DNA from: Eledone cirrhosa
Taxonomy: Eukaryota
DNA: 64,000 nt
Direction: 5' to 3'
Assembly: GCA_964016885.1 (NCBI GenBank)
Contig: OZ024740.1
Location: 401,450,001 to 401,514,000, forward strand
The notes beneath the pieces were generated by a model. That model was not told where the DNA came from. It saw only the letters and a list, made by a program, of their open reading frames with translations, and made no database searches. Below are positions 14,701-30,400 of the stretch, piece after piece. The translations under genes and the position numbers were made by a program. Numbering within the stretch: position 1 is the first letter of the stretch; every line of letters begins with the position of its first letter.

Positions 14701-17700
14701 AAGATAGAACTTTATGTATAATCAGTACAACATATAACACTATGTAGAATCAGTACAGTATAGAACACTATGTAGAATCAGTACAGTATAAAACACGATG
14801 TAGAATCAGTACATTATAGAACACTATGTAGATTATCTGCATCATAGAACACTATGTAGAATCAGTACAGTAGAGAGCACTATGTAGAATCAGTTCAGTA
14901 TATAACACTATGTAGAATCAGTACGGTAGAGAGCACTATGTAGAATCAGTACAGCATAGAACACTATGTATATTCAGTACAGTATATAACACTATGTAGA
15001 ATCAGTACAACATAGGACACTATGTAGAATCAGTACACTATAGAACACTATGTAGAATCAGTACAGTATAGAACACTATGTAGAATCAGTACAGTATATA
15101 ACACTATATAGAATCAGTACAATATAGAACACTATGTATAATCAGTACAGTATAGACCACTATGTAGAATCACTAAAACATTGAACACTATGTAGAATCA
15201 ACACAACATAGAACACTATGTAGAATTAGTACACTATAGAACACTATGTAGAATCAGTAAAACATAGAACACTATGTAGAATCAGTACAACATAGAACAC
15301 TATGTAGAATCAGTACAACATAGAACACTATGTAGAATCAGCACAGCATAGAACACTATGTAGAATCAGTACAGTATAGAACACTATGTAGAATTAATAC
15401 AACAGAGAACACTATGTAGAATCAGTACATTATAGACTACTATACAGAATCAGTACAGTATAGAACACTATGTAGAATCAGTTCAACATAGAACACTATG
15501 TATAATTAGTAAAACACAGAACACTATGTAGAATCAGTACAGTATAGAACACTATGTAGAATCAGTTCAACATAGAACACTATGTAGAATAAGTACAACA
15601 TAGAACACTATGTAGAATCAGTACCATATAGAACACTATGTATAATCAGTACAGTATAGACCACTATGTAGAATCACTAAAATATTGAACACTGTGTAGA
15701 ATCAACACAACATAGAACACTATGTAGAATCAATACAACATAGAACACTATGTATAATCAGTACAACATAAAACACTATGTAGAATCAGTACAGTATAGA
15801 ACACTATGTATAATCAGTACAACATAGAACATTATGTATAATCAGTACATCATATAACACTATGTAGAATCAGTACAGTATAGAACACTATGTAGAATCA
15901 GTACAGTATAGAACACTATGTAGAATGAGTACGTTATAGAACACTATGTAGAATATGTGCATCATAGAACACTATGTAGAATCAGTACAGTAGAGAACAC
16001 TATGTAGAATCAGTACAACATAGAACACTATGTATAATCAGTACAGTATAAACCGCTATGTAGAATCAGTACAACATAGAACATTATGTATAATCAGTAC
16101 ATCATATAACACTATGTAGAATCAGTACAGTATAGAACACTATGTAGAATCAGTACAATATAGAACACTATGTAGAATCAGTACGTTATAGAACACTATG
16201 TAGAATATGTGCATCATAGAACACTATGTAGAATCAGTACAGTAGAGAACACTATGTAGAATCAGTACAGTATAGACTACTATCCAGAATCATTACAGTA
16301 TAGAACACTATGTAGAATCACTACAGTATAGAACACTATGTAGAATCAATAAAACATAGAACACTATGTAGAATCAGTACAACATAGAACACTATGTAGA
16401 ATCAGTACAGTATAGTACACACTATGTAGAATCAGTACAACATAGAACATTATGTATAATCAGTACATCATATAACACTATGTAGAATCAGTACAGTATA
16501 GAACACTATGTAGAATCAGTACAATATAGAACACTATGTAGAATCAGTACGTTATAGAACACTATGTAGAATATGTGCATCATAGAACACTATGTAGAAT
16601 CAGTACAGTAGAGAACACTATGTAGAATCAGTACAGTATAGACTACTATCCAGAATCATTACAGTATAGAACACTATGTAGAATCACTACAGTATAGAAC
16701 ACTATTTAGAATCAGTACAATATAGAACACTATGTAGAATCAGTAAGTATAGAACACTATGTAGAATCAGTACAGTATAGAACACTATGTAGAATCAGTA
16801 CAACATAGAACACTATGTAGAATCGGTACAGTATAGACTACTATGCAGAATCAGTACAGTATAGAACACTATGTAGTATCAGTACAACATAGAACACTAT
16901 GTATAATCAGTACAGTATAGAACACTATGTAGAATCACTAAAACATTGAACACTATGTAGAATCAACACAACATAGAACACAATGTAGAATCACTACACT
17001 ATAGAACACTATGTAGAATCAGTACAACATAGAACACTATTTAGAATCAGCACAACATAGAACACTATGTAGAATCAATACAACATAGAGCACTATGTAG
17101 AATCAGTACACTATAGAACACTATGTAGAATCAGTACAAGATAGAACTTTATGTATAATCAGTACAACATATAACACTATGTAGAATCAGTACAGTATAG
17201 AACACTATGTAGAATCAGTACAGTATAGAACACGATGTAGAATCAGTACATTATAGAACACTATGTAGAATATCTGCATCATAGAACACTATGTAGAATC
17301 AGTACAGTAGAGAGCACTATGTAGAATCAGTTCAGTATATAACACTATGTAGAATCAGTACAGTAGAGAGCACTATGTAGAATCAGTACAGCATAGAACA
17401 CTATGTATATTCAGTACAGTATATAACACTATGTAGAATCAGTACAACATAGAACACTATGTAGAATCAGTACACTATAGAACACTATGTAGAATCAGTA
17501 CAACATAGAACACTATGTAGAATCAGCACAGCATAGAACACTATGTAGAATCAGTACAGTATAGAACACTATGTAGAATTAATACAACAGAGAACACTAT
17601 GTAGAATCAGTACATTATAGACTACTATGCAGAATCAGTACAGTATAGAACACTATGTAGAATCAGTTCAACATAGAACACTATGTATAATTAGTAAAAC

Positions 17701-19575
17701 ACAGAACACTATGTAGAATCAGTACAGTATAGAACACTATGTAGAATCAGTTCAACATAGAACACTATGTAGAATAAGTACAACATAGAACACTATGTAG
17801 AATCAGTACAATATAGAACACTATGTATAATCAGTACAGTATAGACCACTATGTAGAATCACTAAAATATTGAACACTGTGTAGAATCAACACAACATAG
17901 AACACTATGTAGAATCAATACAACATAGAACACTATGTAGAATAAGTACAACATAGAACACTATGTAGAATCAGTACAGTATAGAACACTATGTATAATC
18001 AGTACAACATAGAACATTATGTATAATCAGTACATCATATAACATTATGTAGAATCAGTACAGTATAGAACACTATGTAGAATCAGTACAGTATAGAACA
18101 CTATGTAGAATGAGTACGTTATAGAACACTATGTAGAATATGTGCATCATAGAACACTATGTAGAATCAGTACAGTAGAGAACACTATGTAGAATCAGTA
18201 CAACATAGAACACTATGTATAATCAGTACAGTATAAACCACTATGTAGAATCAGTACAACATAGAACATTATGTATAATCAGTACATCATATAACACTAT
18301 GTAGAATCAGTACAGTATAGAACACTATGTAGAATCAGTACAATATAGAACACTATGTAGAATCAGTACGTTATAGAACACTATGTAGAATATGTGCATC
18401 ATAGAACACTATGTAGAATCAGTACAGTAGAGAACACTATGTAGAATCAGTACAGTATAGACTACTATCCAGAATCATTACAGTATAGAACACTATGTAG
18501 AATCACTACAGTATAGAACACTATGTAGAATCAATACAACATAGAACACTATGTAGAATCAGTACAACATAGAACACTATGTAGAATCAGTACAGTATAG
18601 TACACACTATGTAGAATCAGTACAACATAGAACATTATGTATAATCAGTACATCATATAACACTATGTAGAATCAGTACAGTATAGAACACTATGTAGAA
18701 TCAGTACAATATAGAACACTATGTAGAATCAGTACGTTATAGAACACTATGTAGAATATGTGCATCATAGAACACTATGTAGAATCAGTACAGTAGAGAA
18801 CACTATGTAGAATCAGTACAGTATAGACTACTATCCAGAATCATTACCGTATAGAACACTATGTAGAATCACTACAGTATAGAACACTATTTAGAATCAG
18901 TACAATATAGAACACTATGTAGAATCAGTAAGTATAGAACACTATGTAGAATCAGTACAGTATAGAAAACTATGTAGAATCAGTACAACATAGAACACTA
19001 TGTAGAATCAGTACAGTATAGACTACTATGCAGAATCAGTACAGTATAGAACACTATGTAGTATCAGTACAACATAGAACACTATGTATAATCAGTACAG
19101 TATAGAACACTATGTAGAATCACTAAAACATTGAACACTATGTAGAATCAACACAACATAGAACACAATGTAGAATCACTACACTATAGAACACTATGTA
19201 GAATCAGTACAACATAGAACACTATTTAGAATCAGCACAACATAGAACACTATGTAGAATCAATACAACATAGAACACTATGTAGAATCAGTACACTATA
19301 GAACACTATGTAGAATCAGTACAAGATAGAACTTTATGTATAATCAGTACAACATATAACACTATGTAGAATCAGTACAGTATAGAACACTATGTAGAAT
19401 CAGTACAGTATAGAACACGATGTAGAATCAGTACATTATAGAACACTATGTAGAATATCTGCATCATAGAACACTATGTAGAATCAGTACAGTAGAGAGC
19501 ACTATGTAGAATCAGTTCAGTATATAACACTATGTAGAATCAGTACGGTAGAGAGCACTATGTAGAATCAGTACA
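5800..19575. repeat. Higher-order repeat, 4,622-bp period (165 monomers), about 3 near-identical copies; each copy is a 2,185-bp (78-mer) plus a 2,437-bp (87-mer) related half
   Basis: The TCGGTAC variant has its GG at 7581, 12203 and 16825 (spacing 4,622). AGCACAGC starts at 6096, 8281, 10718, 12903, 15340 and 17525 (alternating 2,185/2,437). 4,622 = 165x28+2, matching two +2 (TAGTACACAC) and two -1 (AGTAAGT) monomers per unit. Confidence 0.92.
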
Positions 19576-22164
19576 ACATAGGACACTATGTAGAATCAGT
19601 ACACTATAGAACACTATGTAGAATCAGTACAGTATAGAACACTATGTAGAATCAGTACAGTATAGACTACTATGCAGTATCAGTACAGTATAGAACACTA
19701 TGTAGAACCAGTACAACATAGAACACTATGTAGAATCAGTACAATAGAGAGCACTATGTAGAATCAGTTCAGTATATAACACTATGTAGAATCAGTACAG
19801 TAGAGAGCACTATGTAGAATCAGTACAGCATAGAACACTATGTAGATTCAGTACAGTATAGAACACTATGTAAAATCAGTAAGTATAGAACACTATGTAG
19901 AATCAGTACAGTATTGAACACTATTCAGAATCAGTACAGTATAGACTACTATCCAGAATCATTACAGTATATAACACTATGTAGAATCACTACAGTATAG
20001 AACACTATTTATAATCAGTACAATATAGAACACTATGTAGAATCAGTAAGTATAGAACACTATGTAGAATCAGTACAGTATAGAACACTATGTAGAATCA
20101 GTACAACATAGAACACTATGTAGAATCAGTACAGTATAGACTACTATGCAGAATCAGTACAGTATAGAACACTATGTAGTATCAGTACAGTATAGACCAC
20201 TATGTAGAATCACTAAAACATTGAACACTATGTAGAATCAACACAACATAGAACACAATGTAGAATCACTACACTATAGAACACTATGTAGAATCAGTAC
20301 AACATAGAACACTATTTAGAATCAGCACAACATAGAACACTATGTAGAATCAATACAACATAGAACACTATGTAGAATCAGTATAACATAGAACACTATG
20401 TAGAATCAGTACACTATAGAACACTATGTAGAATCAGTACAAGATATAACTTTATGTATAATCAGTACAACATATAACACTATGTAGAATCAGTACAGTA
20501 TAGAACACTATGTAGAATCAGTACAGTATAGAACACGATGTAGAATCAGCACATTATAGAACACTATGTAGAATATGTGCATCATAGAACACTATGTAGA
20601 ATCAGTACAGTAGAGAAGACTATGTAGAAACAATACAGTTTAGACTACTATGCAGAATCAGTACAGTGTAGAACACTATGTAGAATCACTACAGTATATA
20701 ACACTATATAGAATCAGTACAATATAGAACACTATGTAGAATCAGTAAGTATAGAACACTATGTAGAATCAGTACAGTATATGACACTATTTAGAATCAG
20801 TACACTATAGAACACTATGTAAAATCAGTACAACATAGAACACTATGTAGAATCGGTACAGTATAGAACACTATGTAGAATCAGTAGAACATAGAACACT
20901 ATGTAGAATATGTGCATCATAGAACACTATGTAGAATCAGTACAGTAGAGAACACTATATAGAATCAGTACAACATAGAACACTATATAGAATCAGTACA
21001 ACATAGAACACTATTTAGAATCAGTACAACATAGAACACTATGTAGAATCAGTACAACATAGAACAATATGTAGAATCAGTACAACATAGAACACCATTT
21101 AGATTCAACACAACATAGAACATTACGTAGAATCAGTTCAACATAGAACACTATGTAGAATCAGTACAGTATAGAACACTGTGTAGAATCAGTACAGTAT
21201 ATAACACTATATAGAATCAGTACAATATAGAACACTATGTATAATCAGTACAGTATAGACTACTATCCAGAATCATTACAGTATAGAACACTATGTAGAA
21301 TCACTACAGTATAGAACACTATTTAGAATCAGTACAATATAGAACACTATGTAGAATCAGTACAACATAGAACACTATGTAGAATCAGTACAGTATAGAC
21401 TACTATGCAGAATCAGTACAGTATAAAACACTATGTAGTATCAGTACAGCATAGAAGACTATGTATAATCAGTACAGTATAGACTACTATGCAGAATCAG
21501 TACAGTATAGAACACTATGTAGTATCAGTACAACATAGAACACTATGTAGAATCAGTACAGTATAGACCACTATGTAGAATCACTAAAACATTGAACACT
21601 ATGTAGAATCAACACAACATAGAACACAATGTAGAATCACTACACTATAGAACACTATGTAGAATCAGTACAACATAGAACACTATTTAGAATCAGCACA
21701 ACATAGAACACTATGTAGAATCAATACAACATAGAACACTATGTAGAATCAGTACAACATAGAACACTATGTAGAATCAGTACACTATAGAACACTATGT
21801 AGAATCAGTACAACATAGAACTTTATGTATAATCAGTACAACATATAACACTATGTAGAATCAGTACAGTATAGAACACTATGTAGAATCAGTACAGTAT
21901 AGAACACGATGTAGAATCAGTACATTATAGAAAACTATGTAGAATATGTGCATCATAGAACACTATGTAGAATCAGTACAGTAGAGAACACTATGTAGAA
22001 ACAGTACAGTTTAGACTACTATGCAGAATCAGTACAGTGTAGAACACTATGTAGAATCACTACAGTATAGAACACTATGTAGAATCAGTACAATATAGAA
22101 CACTATGTAGAATCAGTAAGTATAAAACACTATGTAGAATCAGTACAGTATATGACACTATTTA

Positions 22165-25100
22165 GAATCAGTACAGTATAGAACACTATGTAGAATCAGA
22201 ACACTATAGAACACTATATAGAATCAGTACAGTATAGAACACTATGTAGAATCAGTACAGTATAGAACACTATGTAGGATCAGAACACTATAGAACACTA
22301 TGTAAAATCAGTACAACATAGAACACTATGTAGAATCAATACAACATAGAACACTATGTAGAATCAGTACAGTAGAGAGCACTATGTAGAATCAGTACAA
22401 CATAGAACACTATGTAGAATCAGCACAACATAGAAAACTATGTAGAACCAATACAACATAGAACACTATGTAGAATGAGTACAACATAGACCACTATGTA
22501 GAATCAGTACTGTATAGAACACTATGTAGAATCAGTACAACATAGAACACTATGTGGAATCAGTACAGTATAGAACACTATGTAGATACAGTACAGTATA
22601 GAACATTATGTAGAATCAGTACAGTATATAACACTATGTAGAATCAGTACAGTATAGAACACTATGTAGAATCAATACAACATAGAACATTATTTATAGT
22701 CAGTACATCATATAACACTATGTAGAATCAGTACAGTATAGAACACTATGTAGAATCAGTACAGTATAGACTACTATGCAGAATCAGTACAGTATAGAAC
22801 ACTATGTAGAACCAGTACAACATAGAACACTATGTAGAATCAGTACAATAGAGAGCACTATGTAGAATCAGTTCAGTATATAACACTATGTAGAATCAGT
22901 ACAGTAGAGAGCACTATGTAGAATCAGTACAGCATAGAACACTATGTAGATTCAGTACAGTATAGAACACTATGTAGAATCAGTACAACATAGAACACTA
23001 TGTAGATTCAGTACAGTATAGAACACTATGTAAAATCAGTACAACATAGAACATTATGCAGAATCAGTACAGTATAGAACACTATGTAGAATCAGTACAA
23101 CATAGAACACTATGTAGAATCAGTACAGTATAGAACACTATGTAGAATCAGAACACTATAGAACACTATATAGAATCAGTACAGTATAGAACACTATGTA
23201 GAATCAGTACAGTATAGAACACTATGTAGGATCAGAACACTATAGAACACTATGTAAAATCAGTACAACATAGAACACTATGTAGAATCAATACAACATA
23301 GAACACTATGTAGAATCAGTACAGTAGAGAGCACTATGTAGAATCAGTACAACATAGAACACTATGTAGAATCAGCACAACATAGAAAACTATGTAGAAC
23401 CAATACAACATAGAACACTATGTAGAATGAGTACAACATAGACCACTATGTAGAATCAGTACTGTATAGAACACTATGTAGAATCAGTACAACATAGAAC
23501 ACTATGTAGAATCAGTACAGTATAGAACACTATGTAGGTTCAGTACAGTATAGAACATTATGTAGAATCAGTACAGTATATAACACTATGTAGAATCAGT
23601 ACAGTATAGAACACTATATAGAATCAGTACAACATAGAACACTATGCAGAATCTGTGCATCATAGAACACTATGTAGAATCAGTACAGTAGAGTACACTA
23701 TGTAGAATCAGTACAGTAGAGTACACTATGTAGAATCAGTACAGTATATAACACTATGTAGAATCAGTACAACATAGATCACTATGTATAATCAGTACTG
23801 TATAGAACACTATGTAAAATCAGTACAACATAGAACACTATGTAGAATCAGTACAACATAGAACACTATGTAGATTCAGTACAGTATAGAACACTATGTA
23901 AAATCAGTACAACATAGAACATTATGCAGAATCAGTACAGTATAGAACATTATGTAGAATCAGTACAACATAGAACACTATGTAGAATCAATACAGTATA
24001 GAACACTATGTAGAATCAGTACAACATAGAACACTATGTAGATTCAGTACAGTATAGAACACTATGTAGAATCAGTACAAGATAGAACATTATGCAGAAT
24101 CAGTACAGTATAGAACACTATGTAGAATCAGAACAATATAGAACACTATATAGAATCAGTACAGTATAGAACACTATGTAGAATCAGTACAGTATAGAAC
24201 ACTATGTAGTAGCAGTACAGTATAGAACACTATGTAGAATCAGTACACTATAGAACACTATGTAGAATCAGTACGTTATAGAACACTATGTAGAATATGT
24301 GCATCATAGAACACTATGTAGAATCAGTACAGTAGAGAACACTATGCAGAATCAGTACAGTATAGACTACTATCCAGAATCATTACAGTATAGAACACTA
24401 TGTAGAATCACTACAGTATAGAACACTATTTAGAATCAGTACAATATAGAACACTATGTAGAATCAGTACAGTAGAGAGCACTATGTAGAATCAGTTCAG
24501 TATATAACACTATGTAGAATCAGTACAGTAGAGAGCACTACGTAGAATCAGTACAGCATAGAACACTATGTAGATTCAGTACAGTATAGAACACTATGTA
24601 GAATCAGTACAACATAGAACACTATGTAGATTCAGTACAGTATAGAACACTATGTAAAATCAGTACAACATAGAACATTATGCAGAATCAGTACAGTATA
24701 GAACACTATGTAGAATCAGTACAACATAGAACACTATGTAGAATCAGTACAGTATAGAACACTATGTAGAATCAGAACACTATAGAACACTATATAGAAT
24801 CAGTACAGTATAGAACACTATGTAGAATCAGTACAGTATAGAACACTATGTAGGATCAGAACACTATAGAACACTATGTAAAATCAGTACAACATAGAAC
24901 ACTATGTAGAATCAATACAACATAGAACACTATGTAGAATCAGTACAGTAGAGATCACTATGTAGAATCAGTACAACATAGAACACTATGTAGAATCAGC
25001 ACAACATAGAAAACTATGTAGAACCAATACAACATAGAACACTATGTAGAATGAGTACAACATAGACCACTATGTAGAATCAGTACTGTATAGAACACTA

Positions 25101-27420
25101 TGTAGAATCAGTACAACATAGAACACTATGTGGAATCAGTATAGTATAGAACACTATGTAGATACAGTACAGTATAGAACATTATGTAGAATCAGTACAG
25201 TATATAACACTATGTAGAATCAGTACAGTATAGAACACTATGTAGAATCAATACAACATAGAACATTATTTATAGTCAGTACATCATATAACACTATGTA
25301 GAATCAGTACAGTATAGAACACTATGTAGAATCAGTACAGTATAGACTACTATGCAGAATCAGTACAGTATAGAACACTATGTAGAACCAGTACAACATA
25401 GAACACTATGTAGAATCAGTACAATAGAGAGCACTATGTAGAATCAGTTCAGTATATAACACTATGTAGAATCAGTACAGTAGAGAGCACTATGTAGAAT
25501 CAGTACAGCATAGAACACTATGTAGATTCAGTACAGTATAGAACACTATGTAGAATCAGTACAACATAGAACACTATGTAGATTCAGTACAGTATAGAAC
25601 ACTATGTAAAATCAGTACAACATAGAACATTATGCAGAATCAGTACAGTATAGAACACTATGTAGAATCAGTACAACATAGAACACTATGTAGAATCAGT
25701 ACAGTATAGAACACTATGTAGAATCAGAACACTATAGAACACTATATAGAATCAGTACAGTATAGAACACTATGTAGAATCAGTACAGTATAGAACACTA
25801 TGTAGGATCAGAACACTATAGAACACTATGTAAAATCAGTACAACATAGAACACTATGTAGAATCAATACAACATAGAACACTATGTAGAATCAGTACAG
25901 TAGAGAGCACTATGTAGAATCAGTACAACATAGAACACTATGTAGAATCAGCACAACATAGAAAACTATGTAGAACCAATACAACATAGAACACTATGTA
26001 GAATGAGTACAACATAGACCACTATGTAGAATCAGTACTGTATAGAACACTATGTAGAATCAGTACAACATAGAACACTATGTAGAATCAGTACAGTATA
26101 GAACACTATGTAGGTTCAGTACAGTATAGAACATTATGTAGAATCAGTACAGTATATAACACTATGTAGAATCAGTACAGTATAGAACACTATATAGAAT
26201 CAGTACAACATAGAACACTATGTAGAATCTGTGCATCATAGAACACTATGTAGAATCAGTACAGTAGAGTACACTATGTAGAATCAGTACAGTAGAGTAC
26301 ACTATGTAGAATCAGTACAGTATATAACACTATGTAGAATCAGTACAACATAGATCACTATGTATAATCAGTACTGTATAGAACACTATGTAAAATCAGT
26401 ACAACATAGAACACTATGTAGAATCAGTACAACATAGAACACTATGTAGATTCAGTACAGTATAGAACACTATGTAAAATCAGTACAACATAGAACATTA
26501 TGCAGAATCAGTACAGTATAGAACATTATGTAGAATCAGTACAACATAGAACACTATGTAGAATCAATACAGTATAGAACACTATGTAGAATCAGTACAA
26601 CATAGAACACTATGTAGATTCAGTACAGTATAGAACACTATGTAGAATCAGTACAAGATAGAACATTATGCAGAATCAGTACAGTATAGAACACTATGTA
26701 GAATCAGAACAATATAGAACACTATATAGAATCAGTACAGTATAGAACACTATGTAGAATCAGTACAGTATAGAACACTATGTAGTAGCAGTACAGTATA
26801 GAACACTATGTAGAATCAGTACACTATAGAACACTATGTAGAATCAGTACGTTATAGAACACTATGTAGAATATGTGCATCATAGAACACTATGTAGAAT
26901 CAGTACAGTAGAGAACACTATGCAGAATCAGTACAGTATAGACTACTATCCAGAATCATTACAGTATAGAACACTATGTAGAATCACTACAGTATAGAAC
27001 ACTATTTAGAATCAGTACAATATAGAACACTATGTAGAATCAGTACAGTAGAGAGCACTATGTAGAATCAGTTCAGTATATAACACTATGTAGAATCAGT
27101 ACAGTAGAGAGCACTACGTAGAATCAGTACAGCATAGAACACTATGTAGATTCAGTACAGTATAGAACACTATGTAGAATCAGTACAACATAGAACACTA
27201 TGTAGATTCAGTACAGTATAGAACACTATGTAAAATCAGTACAACATAGAACATTATGCAGAATCAGTACAGTATAGAACACTATGTAGAATCAGTACAA
27301 CATAGAACACTATGTAGAATCAGTACAGTATAGAACACTATGTAGAATCAGAACACTATAGAACACTATATAGAATCAGTACAGTATAGAACACTATGTA
27401 GAATCAGTACAGTATAGAAC
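22165..27420. repeat. Higher-order repeat, 2,576-bp period (92 monomers), 2 copies, with an internal 952-bp (34-mer) sub-duplication
   Basis: CAGAACAC at 22197/24773, TATGTGG at 22551/25127, the ACAAGATAG variant at 24081/26657 and the GTAGTAGCAG variant at 24211/26787 are all offset by 2,576 = 92x28. CAGAACAC at 22197/23149 gives 952 = 34x28. Confidence 0.9.
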
Positions 27421-30400
27421 ACTATAGAACACTATGTAAAATCAGTACAACATAGAACACTATGTAGAATCAATACAACATAGAACACTATGTAGAATCA
27501 GTACAACATAGAACACTATGTAGAATCAGCACAAAGTAGAAAACTATGTAGAACCAATACAACATAGAACACTATGTAGAATGAGTACAACATAGACCAC
27601 TATGTAGAATCAGTACTGTATAGAACACTATGTAGAATCAGTACAACATAGAACACTATGTAGAATCAGTACAGTATAGAACACTATGTAGGTTCAGTAC
27701 AGTATAGAACATTATGTAGAATCAGTACAGTATATAACACTATGTAGAATCAGTACAGTATAGAACACTATATAGAATCAGTACAACATAGAACACTATG
27801 TAGAATCTGTGCATCATAGAACACTATGTAGAATCAGTACAGTAGAGTACACTATGTAGAATCAGTACAGTATATAACACTATGTAGAATCAGTACAACA
27901 TAGAACACTATGTATAATCAGTACTGTATAGAACACTATGTAAAATCAGTACAACATAGAACACTATGTAGAATCAGTACAACATAGAACACTATGTAGA
28001 TTCAGTACAGTATAGAACACTATGCAGAATCAGTACAACATAGAACATTATGTAGAAAAAGTAGATCATAGAAGACTATGTAGAATCAGTACAGTAGAGA
28101 GCAGTATGTAAAATCAGTACAACATAGAACATTACGTAGAATCAGTACAACATAGAACACTATGTAGAATCAGTACAGTATAGAACACTATGTAGAATCA
28201 GTACAGTATAGACCACTATGTAGAATTACTAAAACATTGAACACTATGTAGAATCAACACAACATAGAACACTATGTAGAATCAGTACACTATAGAACAC
28301 TATGTAGAATCAGTACAACATAGAACACTATTTAGAATCAGTACAACATAGAACACTATGTAGAATCAGTACAACATAGAACACTATGTAGAATCAGCAC
28401 AGCATAGAACACTATGTAGAATCAGTACAGTATAGAACACTATGTAGAATCAGTACAACATAGAACACTATGTAGAATCAGTACAGTATAGACTACTATG
28501 CAGAATCAGTTCAGTATAGAACACTATGTAGAATCAGTACAACATAGAACACTATGTATAATCAGTACAGTATAAACCACTATGTAGAATCACTAAAACA
28601 TTGAACCCTATGTAGAATCAACACAACATAGAACACTATGTAGAATCAATACAACATAGAACACTATGTAGAATCAGTACAACATAGAACACTATGTAGA
28701 ATCAGTACAGTATAGTACACACTATGTAGAATCAGTACAACATAGAACATTATGTATAATCGGTACAACATATAACACTATGTAGTATCAGTACAGTATA
28801 GAACACTATGTAGAATCAGTACAGTATAGAACACTATGTAGAATCAGTACGTTATAGAACACTATGTAGAATATGTGCATCATAGAACACTATGTAGAAT
28901 CAGTACAGTAGAGAACACTATGTAGAATCAGTACAGTATAGACTACTATCCAGAATCATTACAGTATAGAACACTATGTAGAATCACTACAGTATAGAAC
29001 ACTATTTAGAATCAGTACAATATAGAACACTATGTAGAATATGTGCATCATAGAACACTATGTAGAATCAGTACAACATAGAACATTATTTATAATCAGT
29101 ACATCATATAACACTATGTAGAATCAGTACAGTATAGAACACTATGTAGAATCAGTACAACATAGAACACTATGTAGATTCAGTACAGTATAGAACAATA
29201 TGTAGAATCAGTACAACATAGAACACTATGTAGAATCAGTACACTATAGAACACTATGTAGAATCAGTACAACATAGAACATTATTTATAATCAGTACAT
29301 CATATAACACTATGTAGAATCAGTACAGTATAGAACACTATGTAGAATCAGTACAGTATAGACTACTATGCAGAATCAGTACAGTATAGAACACTATATA
29401 GAACCAGTACCACACAGAACACTATGTAGAATCAGAACAGTAGAGAGCACTATGTAGAATCAGTTCAGTATATAACACTATGTAGAATCAGTACAGTAGA
29501 GAGCACTATGTAGAATCAGTACAGCATAGAACACTATGTAGATTCAGTACAGTATAGAACACTATGTAGAATCAGTACAACATAGAACACTATGTAGATT
29601 CAGTACAGTATAGAACACTATGTAAAATCAGTACAACATAGAACATTATGCAGAATCAGTACAGTATAGAACACTATGTAGAATCAGTACAACATAGAAC
29701 ACTATGTAGAATCAGTACAGTATAGAACACTATGTAGAATCAGTACAACATAGAACACTATGTAGATTCAGTACAGTATAGAACACTATGTAGAATCAGT
29801 ACAAGATAGAACATTATGCAGAATCAGTACAGTATAGAACACTATGTAGAATCAGTACAGTATAGAACACTATGTAGAATCAGTACAGTATAGAACACTA
29901 TGTAGAATCAGAACAATATAGAACACTATATAGAATCAGTACAGTATAGAACACTATGTAGAATCAGTACAGTATAGAACACTATGTAGTAGCAGTACAG
30001 TATAGAACACTATGTAGAATCAGTACACTATAGAACACTATGTAGAATCAGTACGTTATAGAACACTATGTAGAATATGTGCATCATAGAACACTATGTA
30101 GAATCACTACAGTATAGAACACTATTTAGAATCAGTACAATATAGAACACTATGTAGAATCAGTACAGTAGAGAGCACTATGTAGAATCAGTTCAGTATA
30201 TAACACTATGTAGAATCAGTACAGTAGAGAGCACTACGTAGAATCAGTACAGCATAGAACACTATGTAGATTCAGTACAGTATAGAACACTATGTAGAAT
30301 CAGTACAACATAGAACACTATGTAGATTCAGTACAGTATAGAACACTATGTAAAATCAGTACAACATAGAACATTATGCAGAATCAGTACAGTATAGAAC

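Noticed and set aside
5800-19575. HOR copies as pure assembly artefact
   Set aside because: The copies carry private and shared SNPs and nested structure. An artefact is not favoured, but only reads can exclude it.
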